From: Lobosporangium transversale
Taxonomy: Eukaryota
Direction: 5' to 3'
NCBI RefSeq assembly: GCF_002105155.1
Contig: NW_019029004.1
Location: 310,001 to 374,000, forward strand
Length of the DNA stretch: 64,000 nt
Shown here: piece by piece, positions 37,349-48,688 of the stretch
How the letters are laid out: every line of letters starts with the position of its first letter
Numbering within the stretch: the stretch's first letter is position 1
The notes under the pieces: generated by a model
Seen by the model: only the letters and a program-made list of their open reading frames with translations
Databases searched by the model: none
Told to the model about the DNA's origin: nothing
Made by a program: the position numbers and the translations under genes

Positions 37349-40300
37349 CAATATGGAAGATGGATATCCAAGCGAATTATGTAGAAAAAATTTTTGGGGT
37401 TACTTTGGGTCAGGGACACAGATATGATAGAAAGGAAAGTGGAGGTGATAATCAAACTGGGAAAAGCATCTCATCCGGTAATCATGTAATTAAGACAATC
37501 TATAGCTTCTATAACTATTCGATGGAAATACCCCATACGTTTATGAATGTGAAAGCTCACTAGGACAGAATGATAGCAATGTGATTCAGGAGTATAAAGG
37601 GGTGTAAATGAATCACTGTCAGGGCTTTGCAGTCGCATGTCAAATTTTAAAGAAGTTCCATAATTCAAAAATATGGGTCAAGGACCCTTCGACTGGGCTT
37701 ATTCCTCTTAAATTAACGAGTGGAGCTTATCGGATTTTTCCCCACGTCATGTGCAACAGTACACGCATCCGACAATTCGGCCACTTCACTTTACAATACA
37801 CATACACATTTGTCCAACGTCTTCCTCACTCCCCCCCCACTCATAAAAGCAGACTAAATATCACACACGAGATAAACAGGGGTAACAAATTATGGTCGCA
37901 AAACAACACATGGCATCTGGATGATCATTTTCAGGCGGGCAATAGAAGCGTGGGTACTAGATGTAGGCATATGATTGCAGTTATTCAATAATTGCAACTC
38001 TATCCTCGGTTTGGATGTGACTTTCTGTCTATAAGCAATATCTAGACGTGCATACACCATACTGCACTGCCAACGAATTAGCTCATGGACATTTGTCAGC
38101 ACTCAATTGTCCTTTAGACATGTGTTTTACCTTTTCTCTTAGTAAACAAAGTATTTGAATGAGCTGAGCATGTAAGACTGATATATGCTTTTCTCTAAAT
38201 ATCTATTTACCGTTTAGACTGCAGAAGAGTCGGTACGCATAGTAGACGGCTTGTTCGGATCAACTGAAACATCGAGAGCACTAGCTGCTGTTGTAGGCTT
38301 GGTCAAGAAGGAAGTATATGAAGACGAAGACTTTGCCATCACCAGTTCAGGGAAAATGGCAGTATTGGCATCAATCACCAAAGCCCTTACGGTTTTTGCA
38401 TGTCTACAGGCAGCAACACACAAGCGCACCCAAAAATCCATTCGCACCATGCTAGTGTACGAGGGTGTTGTATTGCCCAAACCCAAGATCCTTGGTGATG
38501 TTAACGCTACTCATCTCACAACTATTGAACAGTCCGCTATCGATAACTATGATGAAGATTCAGGAGAGCTTTTGAGAGATTTATCAAACACATTAATAAC
38601 TGACCCAGATGATGTCACTGAAGACATGACAACGACTCAGATTGAGAAGGTGTTGAGCGCGGACATTCTTCAGGTGACGACTACAACGACATTGACAACA
38701 ACAACTACACAAACTTTTGTTCGACCGGGAGCCGATTTGTCAAATCTAGGAAAGCCTTTACCAGCCATCCATCACGACAGAAACACATCCTCCTCATCTT
38801 TGCAACGACAGCACCATTACCCAACATCAGTTGAAGCCACATCTAGCTCTCGAGGTGCCACTTCATCCATGGCTATTACTACACGGTCTAGACGAGGCTC
38901 TGTTTCGTCTATTGCATCTGTTGCCACTACCCTAACGCAGTATGCCACTACTTCCATCGTCGCCAACTCTCATGGCTCAGTAAATGGCTCCTCTAGACAC
39001 ACCCCTTCCGTTAGCGAGACCTTCGCCCCCTCCGAATCCTTAGCCGTTGAAGGAAATCGAAATGCCAATAACAATTTGAGACTAATGTTTTCTACCGTGA
39101 CAAAAAAGTTCAAGAAGAACCAAAAAGTGCATATCGGTGGCGAAGGTGAAGGTACAGTCTTAATGAGGACGCAGGAACGTGAGATCAGAACAAGCGAGAC
39201 TAGGGATTCACTTGACTGGTCTGAGGACGACACGGATTGGGTTGAAGTTACACAATCGTCCGAAACTATGTCTTCTATGGAGATGAATGCGATTTCATAT
39301 GATGTACCTACTGAGAAAAAATCCAGCGATAAGTTTGGGCCGTCATTCGGTCTCAAAGGTGGATTAACTGGAAAAAAATTTGGACATTCGTTTTTTTCTA
39401 AAATGACAAAACAAACGACCTTCGGAAAGGGCAACGAACGTGAAAGCCTTGACAGTTCTGACCCCCAGTTGACGATCACAGAAATGGATGAACCTCGAAA
39501 CGACTCTGACAATTCGCTCCCTGACAGTAATCCAATCGCTATGCCCATCATGGTGGGCTTGAAGTTGGGAGATGATGAGGATTTTAGACCGTCTCCGCCA
39601 CCCAAAGAACCAACAGAGCCCAATCCTGCCAATTTCCCACGAGATCATCTTGTCCGTAATATTCAAAGGTTTATGCGCTATGCCTCGGCTAGTTATGGAC
39701 ATAATTTCATGAGGATCTTGGGTATCGGTACTATTGGTGACACTGTCTACTCACCATACGGTGATCACCCAAATCACCATGCATTTGCAACGCACACTTC
39801 AACACCACTGGACTCAATCCTTCTCTCATCATTTACAGATCCAGGTGCAAAAGGTAGCTTCCAGGCGCCTAAAATGCACTCGTTGGTCCATTATATCAAT
39901 CTGGACCATGGAGCACAATGCGTTGTTTTAACGTGCCGCGGCACTCTGGGTCTCTCAGATGTGTTGACAGATCTCTGCGCCCACTATGACGACCTAGTCT
40001 TGCCTACAGTCAAATCGAATGGAAAACGAGGCGAACAACATGCACCGCCAACGTACAAGGTCCATGCAGGAATGTACGCATCTGCTCGTCTGCTGTCCCT
40101 TGAGACCTCAACTGTCTTCAAGACCATCAAGAAGGCATTAGAGGACTACCCTGATTATGGTCTTGTTCTTTGCGGACATTCACTTGGTGGAGGTGTTGCT
40201 TCCATTCTGACTTTACTTTGGTCGATGAAGAGTCAGGATTTTGAAGCATACGTTGAGGAACAAGAAGATAGATCCAGCGATGAAGAGGGTGACGAAGACA

Positions 40301-41376
40301 GGGACAACAAATCAAAAAACACTACAAGACACCACCAACGATCGAAAAAACGTATTGCATACCCCGAAATCACAACACCATTTGTCACTTCGCCTGGATC
40401 GTTTCTGCCTGCAGGACGACCCATTCACTGCTATGCATATGGTCCGCCATGCGTAATGTCGTTACCGCTATCGAAATACTGCCGGGGACTTATTACAACT
40501 GTTGTTCATCAATACGATCTCGTCCCAACATTAAGCTTGGGACTCCTGAAGGATTTCAAGAATGTTGCGACCACTTTACATGAGGAGGGACAGATAGTAG
40601 AGGATATTGTTAAGCGCCTGATCATTGGTGTAACATGCAATAAGGTCGATGCAGAGAATGCCAAAACCGCTCCATCAACATATACCAACGGATCAAATCT
40701 TCCAGCACAGTCTACACTACCACATAAGCAAAAAAATGCAGAGCCTCCGAAACGATCCCAAAGTATGCCCATGTATTCAGAGTATGATCGATGGCAGCTT
40801 CAAGAAGCAGAAGATCAAGACTGGTCATGGTCGTTAATCAAGACGATGCGTGCAGATATGAGTTCGGATAAACTGTATCCACCTACGCCTGTATACTTGC
40901 TCGAATCTATTGCCACAACAGTTGTACCTGCTGGATCCTCGGCTTTAACTACGATGACAGGAACCATTGCGGCTTCGATGGAATCTCGCCCATCTGCAAA
41001 TACCGCTAGTTCCGTACCTCTTTCAAAATCGTACTCTGCATCTTCCGCAATTACAGCTGCTGGCGCAGCTGCAGTTAATCTAGCAAATGGGTTTCGCCCA
41101 AGCTCTCCATTTGGTCGATACTCAACCCCTACACCCAGCGCTAAGTCTAAGGTGAACATGACCGCAACAACACCATCTACAGACGCTCCTTCAGCTATGC
41201 CACAGGCATCTAAGACAGCATACAAAGTCTCGATGCGACGATTTGATCATGTGGAAGATCGTTTTGGGGAACTGCAGTTTGCACGATCCATGTTCACTGA
41301 CCACAGCCCGGCGAACTATGAGGTCTGTGTAGAAAGACTCTGTCAGGCTGTATTCTCATCTGAGGATAATTTGTAG
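36562..41376 (+). CDS. Class-3 (DAG-lipase-like) alpha/beta-hydrolase, 4 exons
   Basis: RFMRYASASYG, VLTCRGTLGLSDVLTDL, VHAGMYASA, nucleophile motif GHSLGGG, CYAYGPP, DLVPTLS, MFTDHSP. Exons 36562-36666 (GC donor), 36943-37064, 37173-37308, 38218-41376. Confidence 0.88.
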
Positions 41377-41566
41377 AAACCAAAATGAATAAAAAAAAAA
41401 AATTGCACATGTATATTCGTCTCCAACCTCCCTAATGCAATGGACTATATTAGGTATATTTGGATACGGCAGACGACTATTCCAATAGAGAGGTTCGACA
41501 AGGTCTATCCTCCCGTTTCCCTTTCAACCTCATGCATTCACAAAGACAATCTCGTAGAAATTCATC

Positions 41567-42252
41567 ATGTCTCTTAGTCGACTTGTCAAAGAACACAATG
41601 CAAAGCAGGCAACTCATAAGCGCGAAACTGGTACGATTAATGTCAAGAGCTAGTGACAGTATGTCGACATCAAACAATCTTCGATTTAACCATTCAAATG
41701 CTGTAATGTCTAGAGCAACTGCGAAAAGAGGCTATTCAAAGTGTAGGCGTATTCTCTGACGCAATTGCGGATATCCTCAATAGCCGGTAGGTATAGTGGA
41801 TACGAGCACAGGCTTCTGCTCAACTAGCATGGAGAGCAGAATCTAATCATATATGTGAATATTTTACTGCCGGCCTTTGTCTACATCCCTCCAAAGGGTG
41901 ACACAGATATTCGTTAACCAGAAGAACTTGGAACAAGAAGTAAAGAATTTGTCGGCTCAAACGACAAGATATGCGAAGCAAACAGCGCAATGGCTTTCTC
42001 TTGTTCAGCAGTTTGACTCGGCCCTTAAAGTACGCATCTTGATTTAGTGATATCAAGTCCACCATGCTTCTTTAATATCTTTTCAACATGATCTCATAGC
42101 TTTTCTAGCAATTTAAAATATTTTTGCACTTTGATAACAATTAGGAGCTCGGAGATGTACAGAACTGGGTTCAAGTTATACAGAGGGATATGGAGCAGGT
42201 TACTGAAGCATTAGAGAGCTCACAGCACAATCATGAAAACAGCATAATCTAG
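41567..42252 (+). CDS. BLOC1S1: BLOC-1 subunit 1 / GCN5L1 (4 short exons, not in ORF track)
   Basis: Exons 41567-41630, 41714-41786, 41897-42029, 42145-42252 give MSLSRLVKEHNAKQATHKRETEQLRKEAIQSV...VNQKNLEQEVKNL...YAKQTAQWLSLV...ALKELGDVQNWVQVIQRDM. This follows the GCN5L1 pattern (LSRLLKEH, NQ.KL..E.K.L, ALKEIGDVENW). Confidence 0.92.
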
Positions 42253-42397
42253 GCCCAATCCTCACCGCAAGGGAGAATCTGGCCATGACCGCGCTGCTTC
42301 TAAACTTGGAAGTGTGCTTGCGAACACACATGTGTGTAGATTCTAGCCTAACTATACTACCTATTAAATTTTCTTGCCTCTCTATACTACTGGCCTC

Positions 42398-43113
42398 TTA
42401 CTGCGAGTCGACGCTGTTCTGACTAAAACTCGACCCTCTGTCTGTCGTTGTACTTGTGTCTGTGTCTGCTCTTGTGCCTGTGCCTGTCGCTGTTATCGCT
42501 CTTTGATGTATCCAAGGAGACTGTTCTTTCGTATCCACAGGCTGAAGATGATGCGGTCGTTCTTGTCTCTTTAGGTGGCCACGAATAATATTGCATACAT
42601 TATATGTCACCATTGCGATGAAAATACGTTTAGCACAATACAGGTAATTTGTCCAACAAAGTCTTCACAGGATGGATGGGTATTTCTTGGGCGTATAGAC
42701 CTATTGACCACCATCCATATAGTCAAATGAGAGCGCCTAAAAAGAAAGATCGATCTTGTTAGAGAGAGCAATCCTATATATCGAAAGAATAGGAGAGAGA
42801 GTCAGCAAAAAACTGTGGCTGCACAAATAAAAAAAAATATAAATAAAAATATAAAAATAATCATGAAGACTTACACATAATTCTAGCATCCACTTGGGAG
42901 TATTACAGTCTGTTGCTGTCTTAACACAATCGATCATATTAGCCACTGTAATTGGGGTTGTAGAATAGTAGCGGTTTGTTAGGTCTGTTACTCCTTCATC
43001 TTGTTGCCTTCTCCTGATCTACGTAAATCGCTACTAAAAAAAACTGTGGGTCTAGATTCGCTTTGCTAGGCCTGTTGAAGTTATTGGAGACCACTCTAAC
43101 ATACTACACTCAT
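42398..43113 (-). pseudogene. Three-exon gene of unknown function with two in-frame premature stops
   Basis: ATG 43113; introns 43019-43104 and 42737-42874, the second with a CTAAC branch point. One frame reads MSV|IRRRQQDEG...PKWMLELC|ALSFDYMDGGQ*VYTPKKYPSIL*RLCWTNYLYCAKRIFIAMVTYNVCNIIRGHLKRQERPHHLQPVD...*. TATAAAA near 43240. Confidence 0.65.
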
Positions 43114-43489
43114 AGCGATATGTTAGAGTGAGTGGTGAAAATTAATTCCTTTGTGCGATTCGGGTGTTGTGGATGTGGACGACAAAAGAATATGTTGAGA
43201 GGATGTGAACGGTGATGAGAAGAAATCAAGGCGAGAATGAAGGTTTTATATACCATTAAGCCCTTGGCAAAGCAGCATGATCGATAAATTCATGTCAATA
43301 TTAATATAGTCCACGCGTCCAGGAAGCACTTGAGAATCTGCATGAGGCTCTCCCGAAATCATTTGTGACGGCCTTTGGTTCTGTGGCTGTTTTATCGTAA
43401 TGTTGTGCTTTTTTTTTTTTTTTTTTTTGGCCACCTTCACATCAACTTTTTCTTCAACTTTTACTTTCTACATTTCTACATTACTCACA

Positions 43490-44021
43490 ATGGTATGTTT
43501 TCAAGCCTTTGATCACTATGAACACAGTTAATAGCATAACTGAATAAATGCTGAGCTGTTACCAAGACCATGATTCATTTGATTTATGATTGATTAAAAG
43601 AATCGTTAACCAATTGCATTACATTTCTTTGTATACTAATTAGACTGAAGAAGTTTCCAAAGCCTGGCCTCTTGCTGATGCCGCCCTCACCAATTCGATC
43701 ATGGATCTGGTTCAGCAGGCATCTCACTATAAGCAGTTGAAGAAGGGCGCTAACGAGGTTACCAAGACTCTCAATCGTGGTATTGCCGAATTCATTGTTA
43801 TGACCGCCGACACTGAGCCTATTGAGATTTTGTTGCATTTGCCTCTTCTTTGTGAAGACAAAAACGTTCCCTATGTCTTTGTTCCTTCCAAGACCGCTCT
43901 TGGCCGCGCCTGTAGTGTCTCTCGGCCTGTTATTGCCTGCTCAGTGACTTCGAATGAGGGTTCTGACCTCAAAGCTCAAATCTTGACCATTAAGTCCCAG
44001 ATCGAGAAACTCTTAATTTAG
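43490..44021 (+). CDS. SNU13: Snu13/15.5K K-turn-binding protein (L7Ae family)
   Basis: ATG-only exon, intron 43493-43643, then KAWPLAD...[60 protein letters not shown]...IEKLLI. Confidence 0.97.
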
Positions 44022-46216
44022 AACAACCCTGTATAACATCCACATCTTGTTGCATCAAAGAATAAATCTTTTTATTTTATGGATCGTCTCGTCACTTCAG
44101 CTGCTATACAGTCCTATGCATTTTTCAATGAGTCTTGTGTCCAAATTAGCCGAACCTGCCCTTCGCGATCTTTTTTTTTACATTCTTATACAGTAATTTT
44201 CCTGTTCTAGTGCAAAGTCCAGGATGACAAGAATGAAGAAACCGGGAGAAAATGAAAAGGATGTCCCCCGAGAAAGATCATGAAGATGTTACAGGGTGAT
44301 ATTGGTTAAGCTGTCGAGGCGAGCATTGGCTGGTGACTACGCTTGTCAGAGGATTGGATATTAGTTTGTCAACAAAGGTATTGAAACAAAACTTAGTGGT
44401 ACGATTCGACTCCTTGGTGCTGGATAGAGTACGTAAATTACTTTATCAAGATGAAGATATAATACCGTGTTTGGCTTAGCATTTAACCTAGGGCTGCAAT
44501 AATATTGAACATCAAAGCCTGTCGAGAAAGCCCATATTACTCTTTCAGATGAGAAGACAGCTTTGTTTTCTCTTTCTTACACGGTCTACGAAGAATGACA
44601 AGTTCGGCACACAAAGGTAACTGCTATGAACTTTATTGAGAATAACGCCTAGTTGAAATGGCTGGACATTCTATAGAGTATCTTTTACCTCGAGTCCGCA
44701 AAGAAAGGGTTAAATGTGAAGATTCTGAAAAGACCAGAAAACATAGACCTCGCCTCGCATAGATTATTATATCAAAAGACAGAGAGGGGATAATGTTATT
44801 ATAACCATAACCATAGTCGAAGTAGAATCAGTTAAGTTCAACAGTCCAAAATATAGGATTTGTGTACACATAGCAACTTTGGGTTGCAACCTGAGATCTC
44901 CTTACCTTAGTCCCTTTTTTTGATGTCTCCTCACATTACTTTTGAGACAATTTCTAAAACAAAATCAAGGGATCAAGAAGTTGCTAGGTAGAAGCCTTTA
45001 TACTGTCCCGCCATAACCGTCGCATGAACAGGACTCCTGTGGCCTTTCTCTTGGCTATAGCTGTAGAAGCTATATCCTTATCGACTAGCTATAACCGCTA
45101 GTAGAAAGAATGAAGGATCTCCTTTCTTCCAGAGATGAAGAGTACATGCTCCGGCTCGACGCCTACAGACCAAAGAATTATTGATATTATTACCGCTATG
45201 ACTGTTTTCCCTCGCAGTTTCTATTTTCCATTATGCGTGACATATTTTTGTGTCTTTGAGTATCAGATCGTTAGGAGGTTGCTTGGCCTTCCTCGAGAAC
45301 CCAACCAACGAAAGGCTGTTCGGGTCTTGGCAGTACCCTTGTATTCCTGAAAGAGAGTTATCCAATAACTACATGGAGACTAAGCGGCTATTAACTAGCA
45401 ATGCATTCCTCATGTCTATAAGTTCTAATCAAGCTTCATACCATTCTGTACGAGAGATGATTTGTCATCACCAAGAAGCGCTTCATTCCGGTATTGATAC
45501 ATATAACAATGTTGAGCCTTAGCATAATATATTGAAGCATCTCTTCTTCTGCAACACAAATGAACGGCAGTCAGCTACCATCATCTTTATCCCACTGAAC
45601 CGAGCAGTCCCGCACTCTTAACAAAGGTGTGTCCTCGACGACGTCTGCAAGCGAAATTATTTTAATAATTTTGTACAACATAGTATTTCGCCCAATTTTC
45701 TAGAGCATTCCTTGCAGCAGGACATTAGCAAGTATAAATAGGCCCACTTTTCTATCTAGTTCTGTAGCGCAATTCCCCTGAATAAAGACACCTTTATTGT
45801 ACCCTTAGATTCCCCTAGAACACTACCTTGACTTTTGCAACGTCGATGTGGAACACGTATTTGCTTTCAATGTGGGGTCGCTTTTTTTATATTTCGGCAA
45901 TGCAATTCGAAACAAAAGGATCACATTTTTTTTAAAAAAAAACACATACTCACCAGATTTTCAACAGAGAAACAAACAAGTTTTTTTTTTATTTTATATT
46001 GAGTATTGTTTACAACTCTTCTTCAATCTACAATTGCCAAATCCAGTCATGACTATTAACAAGAAATGAATACACGGTAAAAGTTGCCAGATGTGCAAAG
46101 AAGTCGAGGCAAGTGAATGGTAAACATAGTGCATTGTGATTATATAGCTTGATATATGCTAATTTTTTTTTGCCGATTGATTTTTACTGCTTTCTTTCTT
46201 CCTTGGCATGTAAAGA

Positions 46217-46852
46217 CGGAGAGACCGCATGATTTGAACATAACAATAGTCATAGTATTAAAGGCCCCATCTTTCATGCACGGCATGTGTATTATTATTG
46301 TTTTCAAACCTGGCACCAACTATGCGAGGTATTTTTTTTTCTGGCGTGGGGTTCCTAGTGTTATACGGCCAGGCAGAAAGCTTAAAAGACAAACGAGCAC
46401 ACCAACGGTGAAAAAAATGTATGTGAGCAAAAAGTTGCTGTGCTTCTTTGTTGTCTGCACATGCCTTCTTGCAATCGCGGTTTTTTATTGTTTCGAAAAT
46501 ATTTGGCGGTACATGCATGGAATGGGGGCGAGAATTTAAAAAAAAAACGCGATGCAAGATGGTATGTGCAAACAACAAAGAAGCACGTCAACTGTTTGAT
46601 TGTTTGATCAGTATCCTCCTCCTGTTTACTCACATACAATTTTTTTTTTATTTTTTTTATTCACTCTTGGCGTGCTTGATGTCTATTAAGCTTTCTGCCT
46701 GGCCGTATAACACTAGGAACCCCACGCCAGAAAAAAAAATACCTCGCATAGTTGGTGCCAGGTCTGAATGCAATAATAATACGCATGCCGTGCATGAAAG
46801 ATAGGGCCTTTAATACTGACTATTGTTATGTTCAACTCATGTGGCCTCTCCG
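46217..46852. repeat. Long imperfect inverted repeat (foldback or MITE-like)
   Basis: Arms about 46217-46486 and 46542-46852 are reverse complements; 46308-46385 matches 46686-46763 perfectly (78 bp). Spacer about 55 nt. Confidence 0.92.
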
Positions 46853-48688
46853 GAATCAACTTGTAATCACAACTGCTACTCATGCTCTATTGCCAAGGAC
46901 TTGAGAAGGGATACAAACCCCTTCCTCCTTGCTCTCATAATCGCTTCCATCCTTTCAATACACTCTTTCGCCATAAATGTCCATTGCATCTGAATCACAC
47001 ACAGGCATTTCAGCATTCACTCCAACATAGATATATGTATCACCTTGGGTATGATATATTGGTATGGCTCCCTCTGGTTTCAACAGGCCCAACAAACTCT
47101 ATTAGCAGTGTTTACCAACCCAGATATATCAAGGAACGCAAGAAGACGAGGAAGCAAACGATGTGAAAATCAAATCTCGCCGAGCTGTACAGGAAAAGAT
47201 CAAGTTAGTCAAGCTCCATGGTGCGGTAGGATGAATCAACTCAGATTGCACTCCTTTCAAGTCGAGACTACGGCGGCGAATATTATCACTGCTATATTAC
47301 ACCAGTCAATAGATAAACGATACAAAAAAGGGCTCCCATGGGAAAGTCTTCATGAGTTTTTTTAATTGCACAAATAAAGAAGCCAGGATATCTCCATGAC
47401 AGTTTAGTTTTCGAGACAATGCCTATGGATTGCTGGATTTCAAGCCCATTTATAATAGCAAATTTGCCCTTCTTACGGACGAAGGGATAAGTTGTACCCA
47501 GCTAACTACCCTATCCGAAATACTGCACCATTAGGTAGACTCAAGGAAATCAAGCTCAAAGAAAGTGGAAAGCAATGATACGAAGGATTATTTCCATCAT
47601 TGATCAATCAGGCTTCGTATCCTTACTCTGTCATCCAACACCACCGTCACCAATCACCTGAGAATCAACGTTTTCCATCAGTCTCACTTAAAAAATATCG
47701 AGGAAGGGCAACCTTTCCAGAGCTCAGTGGGAGTCAAAAGCACCTTGCAAGAACTTGATCGTCATTTTTTTATTAACCCCCAGCTGGAAGAAATCTGTGA
47801 TGATACACAATCATGTATCATTGACTGCATTTTTTTATACTTTTACATTTTTCCTTGAGTAAAATAGAAAACAGTTGACAAAAAAACAAAAAAGGCTAAC
47901 TGTACCAAGCCACAGAACAATTTCCTGAACATGACTTGAACAAAGCAGCCCCGCGCTGATACACAGAGCAAAGAAAAAGGCACGGGTCATCTTGTCAGAA
48001 TCATTGTTGAATAGTTTCTTCTTTTTATTTTGTTTCCATCAGCATCACTGTCGCCACGTAAACCATCTTTTTTTCTTCATCATCCTTGCACTATCTGATT
48101 ACGGCTTGGAGCTTACTACAAAATAAACTTTTTTTTTTTTTTTTTTTTTTTTTTGAACAGGCCAGGCAAGAGAGGTACAGATGTCAACTTTAATATAAAA
48201 GAAATATAACTCCAAGCTTCATGGACTTCAAACATCTACACATCAACTAACGCTCTTTACACTTCCCGTTGCTTTATATCCTTTGTTTTATCCTTCTTTC
48301 CATTTTAATTTCTCAACTTCCTTTCCGCTATGCTTTAGTCAACCTCCTTATCAACGGATATTATTGTCATTGGGGGCGCGTGTATGTGCATTCACTTTGT
48401 AGTCAAAGTATGTATTGGATTTTATTAAGCTTAGTTTTATTATTTTGCCACTAAAGCATTTATGAAGAAAGAACAAGATTAAAAGAAGGGTCACCATTAC
48501 GATTACTCACAAGCACAACAGGACGAACCGAGAAAAAGAAAACTATAAGATCTAAGTTTCTTTTTAAACTGTATCAGGCGAACCAACTCCTCTCTTTTGA
48601 TTACTGTATCTTCTACTATATTAGATCTGACAATTTCTGTAACCACTCATACATACCGTGACAGAACACATTCAACGACTCAGCGCTC

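Noticed and set aside
37309..38217. 909-nt lipase intron as host for a nested gene or snoRNA
   Set aside because: ORFs lack recognisable features and no box motifs with terminal stems were found.
38970..39632. 220-aa antisense ORF in the lipase gene, and similar shadow ORFs elsewhere
   Set aside because: Antisense to well-supported CDSs and carry no motifs.
42665..42667. In-frame TGA as selenocysteine
   Set aside because: An in-frame TAG lies upstream, there is no redox motif, and no SECIS was recognised.
43493..43643. K-turn or C/D-like autoregulatory element in the SNU13 intron (CTGA and ATGATTGA words)
   Set aside because: No proper RTGATGA box or flanking stems found.
46156..46804. Overlapping ORFs on both strands sharing peptide sequence
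   Set aside because: By-product of the inverted repeat; no protein features.
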